A stretch of DNA of 64,000 nt from Myxococcota bacterium (GTDB lineage: Bacteria; Myxococcota_A; UBA796; SXON01): NCBI GenBank assembly GCA_040386535.1, contig JAZKFH010000005.1:38058-102057 (forward strand), read 5' to 3'. How positions within the stretch are numbered: the first letter of the stretch is position 1; the number at the start of each line of letters is the position of its first letter. The translations under genes and the position numbers were made by a program. The notes under the pieces are model-generated. The model had not been told where the DNA came from, made no database searches, and saw only the letters and a program-made list of their open reading frames with translations. Below are positions 19,922 through 29,648 of the stretch, in pieces.

Positions 19922-20396
19922 TCGCCTCAAGGACGCCCTCGGCCTGGGCGGAAAGACCCACCTCCAGGAAGGCGGGGCCGCCCCCGAGCTCGGCGTCGCC
20001 GACGCGACCGGCAAGGTGTGGCACATCAACGATCTGCGCGGTCGCACCGCGGTCGTCTACTTCTACCCGAAGGACGACACGCCGGGCTGCACCAAGGAGG
20101 CGTGCTCGTTCCGCGACCACGCCCTCCAGATGGGCGAGTCCGTGGTCCTCGGCGTGAGCGGCGATGCCCCCGAGAGCCACCGCGCATTCGCGCAGAAGTT
20201 CAACCTGGGCTTCCCGCTCCTCGCCGACACCACCGGCGAGCTGACGAAGCGTTGGGGCGTGCGCGGCGCGATGGGCGTGCCCCGTCGCGTCACGTTCGTG
20301 CTCGACCGCGAGGGGCGGATCGCCCGCATCTTCGAGCCCGTCAAGGTCGACGGGCACACGGCCGAGGTGCTCGCCGCCCTGCGCGAGCTGCCGTAG
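19908..20396 (+). CDS. bcp: Peroxiredoxin (BCP/PrxQ)
   Basis: YFYPKDDTPGCTKEACSFRD; R.TFV.D. Confidence 0.92.
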   Translation: MGLRDRLKDALGLGGKTHLQEGGAAPELGVADATGKVWHINDLRGRTAVVYFYPKDDTPGCTKEACSFRDHALQMGESVVLGVSGDAPESHRAFAQKFNLGFPLLADTTGELTKRWGVRGAMGVPRRVTFVLDREGRIARIFEPVKVDGHTAEVLAALRELP

Positions 20397-20400
20397 CCGC

Positions 20401-20424
20401 CGGCGCCGCGGCCCCGCGGCGCCG
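20401..20424. terminator. GC-rich hairpin between convergent bcp and OPT genes
   Basis: CGGCGCCGCGG-CC-CCGCGGCGCCG perfect inverted repeat. Confidence 0.55.
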
Positions 20425-20432
20425 ACCGTCCC

Positions 20433-22433
20433 CTAAGCGAGCACCAGGTTGTTCAGCACGGCGACAAGCACGCCCATGATGGACACGCCGGCGATGACGC
20501 CCGCGGAGACCGGCACGAGGTAGTCCTCGGCCTGCTTCTCGTTGCTCCGGGTCCAGAAGTACGCGATCAGCGCGCCGATGAGCATGGCGAACGGGTACTG
20601 GAACGGCAGGATGAGCCCGAGGCCGAGGCCGGTCGCGCTCGGGAGGTACTTCCGCGCCTTCGGCAGGAAGGTCTCCATCAGGAGCACGATCGCGCCGATG
20701 AGGAGGCCCGCCACGATCGCCTGCTGGTGCATGGGATGCATGTTCTCGAGGCCGGTCTTGAACACCTCGGCCACCGCCTTCCACGCCTGCGCGGCGGGCG
20801 CCGGGAACTTCGGCGCGGAGCCGTCGGTCCCGCCGTTGAGCACGGAGGCGTCCGGCACGAGGAGGTAGAAGCCCATGACCGTGGCGGCGGTGCCGGAGAA
20901 GATCCCGGCGAACTGCGCGAGGAACTGGCGGCGGGGGTTCGCGCCGAGGAGGTAGCCGCTCTTCAGGTCGTTGAGCAGGTCGGCGGCCGAGCCCGCCGCG
21001 CTCGCGGTGATGCTCGCGGTCATCAGGTTCGCGGTCATGCTCTGCGGGATGAGCACGCCGTACGTGAGCTGCATGATCTTGCCCATCGCGCCGACCGGCG
21101 TGATGTCGCTCTCGCCGGTGGCGCGGCACGCCACGAGCGCGAGGAGGAAGGTCATGCCGACGGCGAGCACGCCGTAGAACCAGGGCACGTCGAAGTAGGC
21201 ATGCGCGGTGGTGACGACGCCGGCGCCGGAGAGGAGCCCGCCGATCGCGAACCAGGAGAACGGCACCTCGGTCCGCGCCACGAGCGCCTCGGTCTCGGAG
21301 TCCTGGCCGGTCCCGGCCTTCCGCCGGAAGCCCGAGAACGCGCGCACGATCGTCTTCCACTGGAGCGCGAAGCCGAGCAGGCCCGAGCTGACCATGATGG
21401 GGACGCCGAGCCAGAGGCCGATCTCCTTCCACGCCTTGTAGGGCGCCGTGGCGGCGCGGATGTTCGCGCCCGTGACCGGGCTCAGCCACTCCGTGTCGTA
21501 GGCCACGGGCCCGACGACGAAGATGAGGGCGAGGCTCCCGAGCAACATCCAGATGCTGACGCGCAGGCCGACGATGGCGCCCGCGGCGATCATGACCGGG
21601 TTGCTGTCGAACACCATCGTCCAGTCGGACGGCTTGAAGTTCTCGACCTTGCCGTCGACCACGTGCGAGCCCCGCGCGGGGAGCCAGTCGAAGATGGGCA
21701 CGTCCGCGGGGAGGAGCGGCGCGCGGCCTTCCGCCGTCTTCTTGAGCGGGAGCTCGAGCAACAACGGGAACACCGCCCCGAAGATCGCCGACCACATGAG
21801 CACGCGGGCCTTCTTGATGGCCTGATCGCCCTCGCTGTAGAGCGAGTGCAACGTGACCGCCGCGGCCGTGCCCGACGGGAACTTCAACCGCTCGTGGTTG
21901 ATGAGGTTCCGCTTCATCGGGATGGCGAGGACCGTCCCGAGCACCGCGAGGAAGAACGTCCAGGACACCAGCACCGGCCAGGGGAGGTGCGCGCCGTACG
22001 GGTTGTCGGTGGTCGCCGAGAGCATCAGCAGCGCCGCGATGGCCGACACCATGGTGCCGCCCGTCGCGTAGCCGGCGGACGACGCGGTCGACTGCATGCA
22101 GTTGGTCTCGAGGATCGTCATCGGCGTCTTGGCGATGCCGACCTTCAACAGGATGTTCCAGATCGCGTACGACAGGATGCACGCCGTGATCGCGACGCCG
22201 AGCCCCCACCCGGTCTTCAGGCCGATGTAGAGGTTGGTGAACGCGAGGAAGAACCCCAGGAACGACCCCATCGCCACCGCGCGGATCGTGAGCTGGGGGA
22301 CCGACTCGCCGCGGTAGATCTTGGCGTACCAGGTCGCCTCGTCCATCTCGAGGACCTGGTCCGGCGGGATGGAGAGGGGGCGCGCGGCGTCGACCTCTTC
22401 TTGGGTCTTCGGGGCGGATTGAAGAGGGGACAT
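20433..22433 (-). CDS. OPT-family oligopeptide transporter
   Basis: QLT.RA, NLYIGLKTG, ETNCMQSTAS, L.FPSG.A.A, DLK.GYLLGANPR.Q, FPAPAA; many TM helices. Confidence 0.92.
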   Translation of the reverse strand: MSPLQSAPKTQEEVDAARPLSIPPDQVLEMDEATWYAKIYRGESVPQLTIRAVAMGSFLGFFLAFTNLYIGLKTGWGLGVAITACILSYAIWNILLKVGIAKTPMTILETNCMQSTASSAGYATGGTMVSAIAALLMLSATTDNPYGAHLPWPVLVSWTFFLAVLGTVLAIPMKRNLINHERLKFPSGTAAAVTLHSLYSEGDQAIKKARVLMWSAIFGAVFPLLLELPLKKTAEGRAPLLPADVPIFDWLPARGSHVVDGKVENFKPSDWTMVFDSNPVMIAAGAIVGLRVSIWMLLGSLALIFVVGPVAYDTEWLSPVTGANIRAATAPYKAWKEIGLWLGVPIMVSSGLLGFALQWKTIVRAFSGFRRKAGTGQDSETEALVARTEVPFSWFAIGGLLSGAGVVTTAHAYFDVPWFYGVLAVGMTFLLALVACRATGESDITPVGAMGKIMQLTYGVLIPQSMTANLMTASITASAAGSAADLLNDLKSGYLLGANPRRQFLAQFAGIFSGTAATVMGFYLLVPDASVLNGGTDGSAPKFPAPAAQAWKAVAEVFKTGLENMHPMHQQAIVAGLLIGAIVLLMETFLPKARKYLPSATGLGLGLILPFQYPFAMLIGALIAYFWTRSNEKQAEDYLVPVSAGVIAGVSIMGVLVAVLNNLVLA

Positions 22434-22621
22434 CGCGGCGCTCCGGACAGGGGCCGGGAGCGTAACTCAGGTGCGCGCGTCACCCCGGCGTGACCTCCCC
22501 GAAACCCGCGCGCCGCCGCGCTCAGCGGCCTCCACAGAACGCACAACGCCCGCCGCACGATTCGTGCGACGGGCGGTGTGATGGGGTCCGTGGGGGCGAG
22601 CCCCGCGGGTCCGCGGGAGGC

Positions 22622-22942
22622 CTAGCGGGCCGCGGCGGCGCAGTCGGTGACGCCCGTGCCGGCTTCGGTGTAGCCGTCGGTGGTCGAGCAATCGGCGGCG
22701 TTGTAGGCGTCCGCGTAACAATTCATGAGGTCGGCCGCGTCGGAAGCCGCGGCGCCGGTGAGGCCGGAGTACGCGTCACAGAAGCTGGAGTCGACCTCGT
22801 AGGCGGTCGAGTCGTCGGGGTAGGCCTCGGCCGCGCAAGCGTTCGCGGCGTCGATGTACGCCACGCAAGCGGTCTCGGGATCGGCACCGCCGCAAGCGGC
22901 GAGGGAGAGCGAGAGGAGGGCGAAGGAGAGGAGCTTGTTCAT
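22622..22942 (-). CDS. Small Cys-rich lipoprotein
   Basis: MNKLLSFALLSLSLAAC lipobox; six further Cys. Confidence 0.75.
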   Translation of the reverse strand: MNKLLSFALLSLSLAACGGADPETACVAYIDAANACAAEAYPDDSTAYEVDSSFCDAYSGLTGAAASDAADLMNCYADAYNAADCSTTDGYTEAGTGVTDCAAAAR

Positions 22943-23099
22943 TTGGTATCCAATCGATGAAGGTTTGGCGGTAGGCCCACACGGGCGCGGCAAGCGTTAT
23001 TGCGTAGCCGATGACTCGGCCAATCGAAGAGCGCGAAACGGCCAGGGTCGAGGGAACCCGGGTCGCGGGGGCCCCGAGGGGCGCACGCGACCCGCAGCG

Positions 23100-23555
23100 T
23101 CACTCCTGGAGGTTGGCTTCGTAGTCGCTGGAGCCGCTGCAGAACGCGGCGCCCATGCCTTCCATGTCGGTGCAGTAGGCGCCCTCGCAGGAGCTCGAGA
23201 ACGTCTGGGTGCCCGTGATCTTGGAGCTGGAGGTCCAGGTGCCCGAGATGTCGGAGTAGATCGTCACGACCGCGTCGAGGCCGGACTCGTTGTAGTCGGT
23301 CGTCTCGTCGAACACGACGCCTTCGAAGGAGGTGCCTTCGAGGGGGAAGTCGATGTCGAAGATGGTGACGGTGGCCTTGTCCTCGGACACGGTCACGGTG
23401 ACGGGCTCGTTCTCGGTCGGCTCGGCGTCCGTGTCCTCTTCGACTTCCGGGCAGTCGGAGCTGGAGGCGGTCTCCTCGAAGAGGTACTCGCCGCTGGTGG
23501 GGGTGGCGCAGCCGATGGCGAAGAGGGGCAGGAAGGCAAACAGGGAACGGTTCAT
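23100..23555 (-). CDS. Hypothetical lipoprotein
   Basis: MNRSLFAFLPLFAIGC lipobox, GGAGA RBS; beta-rich acidic domain. Confidence 0.75.
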   Translation of the reverse strand: MNRSLFAFLPLFAIGCATPTSGEYLFEETASSSDCPEVEEDTDAEPTENEPVTVTVSEDKATVTIFDIDFPLEGTSFEGVVFDETTDYNESGLDAVVTIYSDISGTWTSSSKITGTQTFSSSCEGAYCTDMEGMGAAFCSGSSDYEANLQE

Positions 23556-23734
23556 GATGAGATCTCCATCTCCGCGCCGATATGCCCCAGCTTCTGCTTC
23601 TTGTCCAGCGAAAAGCGGATCCGAATGCCGAATGTCACCGCGTCGAAACGTGGCAACCGGACCGAGCAGGATGGCCACTCCGTGCTCGTTATCGACCTGC
23701 CGGACGCGGCCGGAGCTGCGCATTAGGTGGCGCC

Positions 23735-24838
23735 GTGCTGCTCCTCGCCACCGCCGCCTTCGCCGCCGATCCGCCCGCCGCGCCGCCCCCCTCCGCGCCC
23801 GCCCCGACGCTCCCCGCCGTGGCCGTGCGCCCCTTCGCCTGGGTGCGCCCCGCCTTCACGTGGATCGCGGACGACCCGCAGCGCCCCGCCGCGCAGGACG
23901 GCTTCACCGCCGAGGCCCGCATCGGCGTCGAGGCCTCGCTGGCCGAGCTGCCCGTGTCGGCGAAGGTCGAGCTCGCCCTGCTCCCCGAACCCCAGCTGAC
24001 GGACGCGTTCCTCTCCGTGGCGCCCCTCTCCTTTGTGACCGTGAACCTCGGCCAGATGAAGGTGCCGTTCTCCCTCCACCGCCTCGCGTCCGACACGCGT
24101 CGGCAGCTTCCGCACGGCGTGGGCTTCCTCGCGGAGGCGGGGATCGGCCGCGAGATCGGCGCCGACGTGGTCATCGACCTGCCGATCGCCGGGAAGACCC
24201 GCGCCGTGTTGACGAGCGGGGTCTACAACGGCGAGGGCGCGAATCGAATCCAGAACGTGAACCAACGGTTCCTGTACGCGCAGCGGGTCCTCCTGACCCC
24301 GCTCGGAGCCCGCCGGAGCCCCTCCGAAGGCGTCGGGGGCGGCACCGATCGCGCCGTGTACGTGGGCATCGGCGGCGGGTGGCTCTACGACTACGAGGGG
24401 GACGGGCTGACCGCCGCCGAGTCCAACACCTTCGGGCTGGAGCTCCAGCTCGCCTGGAACGTGCTCTCGTTCCAGGCCGAAGCCGTCGACCAACAGATCG
24501 TGCACGCCAACGCCGCGGTGGCCGACTACCGCGTGCAGGGGGCGTACGGTCAGCTCGGGTGCTTCGTCCCCGCGCCGTGGGTGCGCGATCACGTAGAGCT
24601 GGTGGGCCGCGTGGAGGCCGCCGAGCCCAACACCACGTTCGGCGCCGCCGAGGGGGAGGCGCAGCCCGATCTACAAGCTACCCAGACCCTCACCGGCGGA
24701 ATCAACGTGTACGTCCGCGCCGCGCCCGAGCGGCTCCACGATCTGAAGTTGCAGGTCGCCTACGCGCACGTGACCCCACTCGAGGGCGCCGACCTGAACG
24801 ACGACAGCTTCACCGTCTCCGCCACGGCGAGGTTCTGA
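23735..24838 (+). CDS. Outer-membrane porin (OprO/OprP-like); start uncertain
   Basis: Signal peptide; LTDAF, GQMKVPFS, GREIG, GVYNGEG, alternating beta strands, terminal Phe. Confidence 0.75.
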   Translation: MLLLATAAFAADPPAAPPPSAPAPTLPAVAVRPFAWVRPAFTWIADDPQRPAAQDGFTAEARIGVEASLAELPVSAKVELALLPEPQLTDAFLSVAPLSFVTVNLGQMKVPFSLHRLASDTRRQLPHGVGFLAEAGIGREIGADVVIDLPIAGKTRAVLTSGVYNGEGANRIQNVNQRFLYAQRVLLTPLGARRSPSEGVGGGTDRAVYVGIGGGWLYDYEGDGLTAAESNTFGLELQLAWNVLSFQAEAVDQQIVHANAAVADYRVQGAYGQLGCFVPAPWVRDHVELVGRVEAAEPNTTFGAAEGEAQPDLQATQTLTGGINVYVRAAPERLHDLKLQVAYAHVTPLEGADLNDDSFTVSATARF

Positions 24839-26086
24839 ATGACACGCCTGCTCCTGGTCGCCGCGCTGCTCGGGTGCCACACCATCGAGAAGATCGAGCT
24901 CGACGCCGCCCCCGCGGAGGACTTGTGTGGCGGGGAGATCTTCGTGCCCCGCGCCGGCTACGACGACGCCTCCCCCGAGCCCGCCGATCCGCACGCCGCC
25001 CAATTCGGCGCGGCGCCCGATCCGTTCCACGTCCACCTCTCGTGGGCGGACGATCCGGCCACCACCATGGCGTTGGTGTGGCGAACGGACGGTGACACCC
25101 TCGCGACGCAAGTGCGCTACGGGCTCGACACCACCTACGGAAACACAAGTGACGGGGCGAGCTTCTTCGTCGGGGTGGACGGCACGAACGGCCGTGTCCA
25201 CGAGGCCCACCTGTGCGACCTCTCGCCGGGCACGACGTACCACTACTCGGTGGGTGGAGAGGGCCACTGGTCGGCGGACGCCACGTTCACCACCGCGCCG
25301 CCCAAGGGAGAGGCCGCACCGTTCCGGTTCGCGATCGCGGGCGACTCCCGCGACGACCAGGCCACGTGGGCCCTCGTCCTCGACGCGATGGAGGCGCACG
25401 CGCCCGACTTCTACCTGTTCTCCGGGGACGCCGTGGATCTCGGCGTCAACATGGACGAGTGGGACGCCTGGTTCGAAGCGGGGGAGGGCCACCTCGACCA
25501 TCGCCCGCTCGTGTTCGCGCACGGCAACCACGAGTTCCAGGTGCAGAACTACTACGCCCTCGTGGCCCAGCCCGGCAACGAGCAGTGGTTCAGCCTCGAC
25601 TACGCCGACGCCCACTTCGTCGTCCTCAACGACACCGTCGCGACCGCGGGCGACCGCGAGCTGCAGGCCGCCTGGATGGAGACCGATCTCGCCGCGACCG
25701 CCGCGAAGTGGAAGTTCGCGCTCCACCACGTGCCCGCGTACTCCTCGTGCACCACCCACGGCTCGAACCTCGATCTGCAGGATCTCTGGTCGCCCGTGGA
25801 GGAGGCCGGCGGCGTGGTGATCGATTTTGCGGGCCACAATCACAACTACGAGCGCTCCGTCCCCCTGCGCGACGGCGCGCAGACCACCGCCGAGCTCGGC
25901 ACCACCTACGTCGTAGCGGCGGGCGCCGGCGCGGTGCTCTACGGAAACGATCTGTCCAACCCCTTCACCGAGGCGGCCGCCGTGACCGAGAACTTCGTCG
26001 TCGTCGACGTGGCGGGCGGCACGCTCACCCTCACCGCCTACGACCTCGGCGGGAACGTGCTCGACACCTTCGTGACCACCCGCTGA
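24839..26086 (+). CDS. Metallophosphoesterase lipoprotein with PAP-type N-terminal FN3-like domain
   Basis: Lipobox LLGC; P..VHLS, H...L..L.PGT.Y.Y.VG, GDSR, SGD, GNHE, HH.P, GHNHNYER. Confidence 0.88.
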   Translation: MTRLLLVAALLGCHTIEKIELDAAPAEDLCGGEIFVPRAGYDDASPEPADPHAAQFGAAPDPFHVHLSWADDPATTMALVWRTDGDTLATQVRYGLDTTYGNTSDGASFFVGVDGTNGRVHEAHLCDLSPGTTYHYSVGGEGHWSADATFTTAPPKGEAAPFRFAIAGDSRDDQATWALVLDAMEAHAPDFYLFSGDAVDLGVNMDEWDAWFEAGEGHLDHRPLVFAHGNHEFQVQNYYALVAQPGNEQWFSLDYADAHFVVLNDTVATAGDRELQAAWMETDLAATAAKWKFALHHVPAYSSCTTHGSNLDLQDLWSPVEEAGGVVIDFAGHNHNYERSVPLRDGAQTTAELGTTYVVAAGAGAVLYGNDLSNPFTEAAAVTENFVVVDVAGGTLTLTAYDLGGNVLDTFVTTR

Positions 26087-26111
26087 CGCCACCTCCGGAA
26101 GGGCCCCCTCG

Positions 26112-26810
26112 ATGTCCGATCCCGCCGCCATCCTCGCCGCGCACGGCCTGCGTTTCGCCGCCCTCGGCTCCGCGGCCGCGCCGCCCCACCTCGATCTGGC
26201 CCCGCTCGGCGTCGAAGCCACGTTCCTGGACGCCGCGCGCGAGCCGGGGTGGGTGGAGCGCTACCACGCGGTGAACCTGGCCCGGTTCGGGGGCCCGCTC
26301 GCGTTGCCCGGCTGGGTGCTGGCCGACCTGTACCTGCTCCCCTCCGCGATCGGCCTCGTCCTCGACCCCTCCGCGCGCCCCGAGGACGAGATCGTGGCCG
26401 CCTACTACGCCGCCCCTTCGCTCGAGCCCGGCACCGTGATCGGGGTGTCCCTGCTGTCGCTGCGGGAGGGCCTCGGCGCCGGCTACGCCGTCAAGGCGCT
26501 GACCCTGGCGATGTACCGGGCGCGCGTGCAACGGGGCATCACCCAGTGGCGCAGCCGCGCGCTCCGCGTCCACACACGCTTCGGCCCGCTCGTGGTCGAG
26601 GGCCCGGCCCCCGCGGTGCACGGCGCGGCCGCCGAGAGCTTCGTGTACCGGGTGGTGCTCGGGGCCCCCTCCCCCAAAGGCGCCGTCCCGATGCCGATCG
26701 CCGAGGCCATCGCCCGCACGAACGCCGGCGAGCGGCTCACCCTCGTCTCGCCCGGGCTCCACGCGGACGGCCAGCACGTGATGGTCGCGACGGAGCCGCG
26801 CGGCACCTGA
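26112..26810 (+). CDS. Hypothetical protein, possible divergent GNAT fold
   Basis: Co-oriented ORF with coding-like codon usage; REGLGAG and ALRVHTRFG motifs. Confidence 0.6.
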   Translation: MSDPAAILAAHGLRFAALGSAAAPPHLDLAPLGVEATFLDAAREPGWVERYHAVNLARFGGPLALPGWVLADLYLLPSAIGLVLDPSARPEDEIVAAYYAAPSLEPGTVIGVSLLSLREGLGAGYAVKALTLAMYRARVQRGITQWRSRALRVHTRFGPLVVEGPAPAVHGAAAESFVYRVVLGAPSPKGAVPMPIAEAIARTNAGERLTLVSPGLHADGQHVMVATEPRGT

Positions 26811-26813
26811 TCT

Positions 26814-29639
26814 CTACGGACACCCATCCGCCCAGCCGTACACCGTGTCCGCCTTCACCGGCGTGGCGCGGCCGAGCTCGTAGCGGTTGGACGCCTCGGC
26901 GCAGTCGGGCCACTTCTCGACCGTGTCCCAATCGCCGCGGGTGAACTTGTAGTACAGGTACTCGCCACGGGGAACCTCGATTGTCCCGTAGGCGGAGCCT
27001 CCTTCGCGGGTGAGCGGCGTGTGGCTGACCCACCCGTCGGCGCTCGACGCGATGCAGATGGGGGTGTCGAGCGGGGTGTCCGCCGGGAGCGCCACGCGGA
27101 AGGGCATGGCGACGGGCGGCGCGGCGGCGGTGATCGTGGGATCGTAGGTCATCTCCAGCGACACGTCTCCGGTGTCGGGGACGACCACCCACAACGACAG
27201 GTCGGCCGCGTCCCACCACCAGCCCGACGTCGCCGTGCCAAACGAATCTGCCGACGCGACGCTGGTCAGCGCCGCCCCGTCGAGCCGCACGGCTGTGGGC
27301 GCGGTGTCGACGCGGCGCACGCGCACGCGCACGGAGCGATCGGGCGGCGCGAAGGTGCCGGCGCGCGTGGAGGTGAGCGTGGCGCCGGTGGTAGCGCCCT
27401 GGAGGGTCCACGTGGTGGCCGCGTACACGCCCTCCTCGTAGGCATAGCCGTCGCCAGCGTCCTCATACACGGTGAACGTGGAGGCCTCGGCCGCTGGCCA
27501 CACCTCGAGCGTCAGCGGGTCGACCGCCATCGCCTCGCTCCACGCCATCACCGGGCCGCGGGGCACGATGGCGCCCGCGCGCACGAAGATGGGCAGCGCC
27601 GCGAGCGGTTGGTCGGTGAGGGTGACGGTGGCGGGCCCGTCGTAGACGACGCCGGTGTCGAACGCGAACCAGCGGCCCTCGGGGAGGTACACGGCGCGGG
27701 AGGTGGCGCCTTCGGTCAGGATCGGCGCCACGAGCAGCCAGGGGCCGAGCAGCGCCTGGTCGCCGAGGTCGGCCACGGCGGCGTCCGCGGGGAACTCCCA
27801 CACGAGCGGCACGAGCGGGGGCACGCCAGTCTGGTTGGCCGCCCACGCGAGGCTGTAGAAGTACGGGAGCAGCGTGGACCGCAGCTCCAACAAGCCGCGC
27901 GAGATGTCCTCGACCTCGGTGCCGAAGCTCCACGGGTACTGGTCCGCCGCGCCCTCGACGAGGTGCGCCCGGAAGAAGGGCGAGAGCGCCCCGACCTGCA
28001 TCCACCGTGCGTACAGCTCTCCCGACGCGCCGCCGGAGTAGCCGCCCACGTCGCTGCCCACCCACGACTCGCCCGAGATCCCCATTCCGAGCAACATCGG
28101 GAGCGTGGCGGCGAGGCTGTCCCACGTGCTCGGCGCGTCCCCCGTCCACGCCGCGGCGTAGCGCTGGATGCCGGCGTACCCGGCGCGCGTGAGCAGGAAC
28201 GGCCGCTGATCCGGCGCCGCCGCGCGCATCCCGGTGAAGGTCGCCTGCGCCTCCAACAACGCGTAGACGTTGTGGGCCTCGGCCATCGTGAACGGCTCGC
28301 CGTCCCCGTCGGCCTCGAGCGAGTCCGGCACCGTGCCGAGCGTGAACTCGGAGGGCTCGTTCATGTCGAGCCAGAAGCCGGCGATGCCGTACCCGAGGTC
28401 ATCCGTCGCGAGCCGCCCCCACCACGAGCGCGCGTCCGGGTTGGTGAAGTCGGGGAACACGGACTCGCCGGGCCACACCTCCCCCACGAAGGTCTCGCCG
28501 TCGTCTGCCGCGAGGAAGTACCCCTCCGCCACCCCCTCGTCGTAGATCTCCCAGCCCGGATCGACCTTGATCGCGGGGTCGACGATCGCCACGGCGCGCA
28601 CCCCGTCGGCCGCCAGGGTCTCGACCAGCGCGGCGGGATCGGGGAACGTGTCCGGGTCCCACGTCCACGAGCGGAAGCCGTCCATGTGCTGGATGTCGAG
28701 CCACACCGCGTCGAGCGGCAGGTTTCGCGCGCGGAACCCGTCGACCACGTCGGTCACCTCGGTGTCGGGCGACCATCCCCAGCGCGACTGGTGAAAACCG
28801 AGGCTCCAGCGCGGCGGCAGCGGTGCGCGGCCGGTGAGCGTGGTGTAGCGGCGCGCCACGTCCGCGAAGCCGGGGCCCGCGATCAGGTACTGGTCGGCCG
28901 GCCGCCCGTCGGGGACCGAGAACGTGAAGAGATCGGGATCGGTGGCGCCCACGTCCCAGGTGGACGCGCCGGTCACGTCGGTGAACACCCCGAACGCGCC
29001 GCCGCCGCCGGGGCGCATGGACACGTAGAACGGGATGCACTGGTAGAGCGGATCGGCGGTGGGGCCCCACCCGCCGTACGCCGCGTCATACGCGTCGGTG
29101 TTCCAGCACGTGTAGTTGCCGCCGACGCGGTCCAGGCCGCCGGTGCGCTCGCCGAGCCCGTAGATGCGCTCGCCGTCGGCGAGGCTGCGGGACCACGTGT
29201 CCGAGGTGCCGCCCCCGCTGTAGAACCCGGTGGCGGGCTCCTCCAGGAGCGTGTTGCCGTCGAGGTCCTGGACGGTGAGCCGGCAGTCGTCGCGCTCCAG
29301 GAACACGACCAACGTGCTCGTACGCATCACGACAACGTCGGAGTACGCGAGGATGGCGGGCACGTCCGGCTCGACCGCGGGCGGGAGCACGGCGTACGAG
29401 GCGTGGTCTCCGCCGTAGGGGCTGGCGTACCCGTACGTGAGGTGGACCACGCCCTCCGCGACGGCCTCGAGGCGCGCACCCCCGGATGGGCAAGGGAGGG
29501 TGAACCCCCGCCCGTCGTCGTCGATCTCGACGACCGAGTCGCCGCCGGTGCCCCCGGAGTCACGACGGAAGCCGGTCTCGAAGCAGCAGCCGTCCGGAAA
29601 ACGTTCCCCGTTGCAGCTGAAGAGGAGGAAGAGGAGCAT
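26814..29639 (-). CDS. Glycoside hydrolase family 31 (alpha-glucosidase-like) lipoprotein with C-terminal CBM-like domain
   Basis: YGLGE, LYQ.IPF, PP.WSLGFHQSRW, WLDI, WLDMNEP, HNVY, WTGD, GSDVGG, YLPEG.W; C-terminal YKFTRG.W..VEK. Confidence 0.92.
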   Translation of the reverse strand: MLLFLLFSCNGERFPDGCCFETGFRRDSGGTGGDSVVEIDDDGRGFTLPCPSGGARLEAVAEGVVHLTYGYASPYGGDHASYAVLPPAVEPDVPAILAYSDVVVMRTSTLVVFLERDDCRLTVQDLDGNTLLEEPATGFYSGGGTSDTWSRSLADGERIYGLGERTGGLDRVGGNYTCWNTDAYDAAYGGWGPTADPLYQCIPFYVSMRPGGGGAFGVFTDVTGASTWDVGATDPDLFTFSVPDGRPADQYLIAGPGFADVARRYTTLTGRAPLPPRWSLGFHQSRWGWSPDTEVTDVVDGFRARNLPLDAVWLDIQHMDGFRSWTWDPDTFPDPAALVETLAADGVRAVAIVDPAIKVDPGWEIYDEGVAEGYFLAADDGETFVGEVWPGESVFPDFTNPDARSWWGRLATDDLGYGIAGFWLDMNEPSEFTLGTVPDSLEADGDGEPFTMAEAHNVYALLEAQATFTGMRAAAPDQRPFLLTRAGYAGIQRYAAAWTGDAPSTWDSLAATLPMLLGMGISGESWVGSDVGGYSGGASGELYARWMQVGALSPFFRAHLVEGAADQYPWSFGTEVEDISRGLLELRSTLLPYFYSLAWAANQTGVPPLVPLVWEFPADAAVADLGDQALLGPWLLVAPILTEGATSRAVYLPEGRWFAFDTGVVYDGPATVTLTDQPLAALPIFVRAGAIVPRGPVMAWSEAMAVDPLTLEVWPAAEASTFTVYEDAGDGYAYEEGVYAATTWTLQGATTGATLTSTRAGTFAPPDRSVRVRVRRVDTAPTAVRLDGAALTSVASADSFGTATSGWWWDAADLSLWVVVPDTGDVSLEMTYDPTITAAAPPVAMPFRVALPADTPLDTPICIASSADGWVSHTPLTREGGSAYGTIEVPRGEYLYYKFTRGDWDTVEKWPDCAEASNRYELGRATPVKADTVYGWADGCP

Positions 29640-29648
29640 CCAGGCAGC

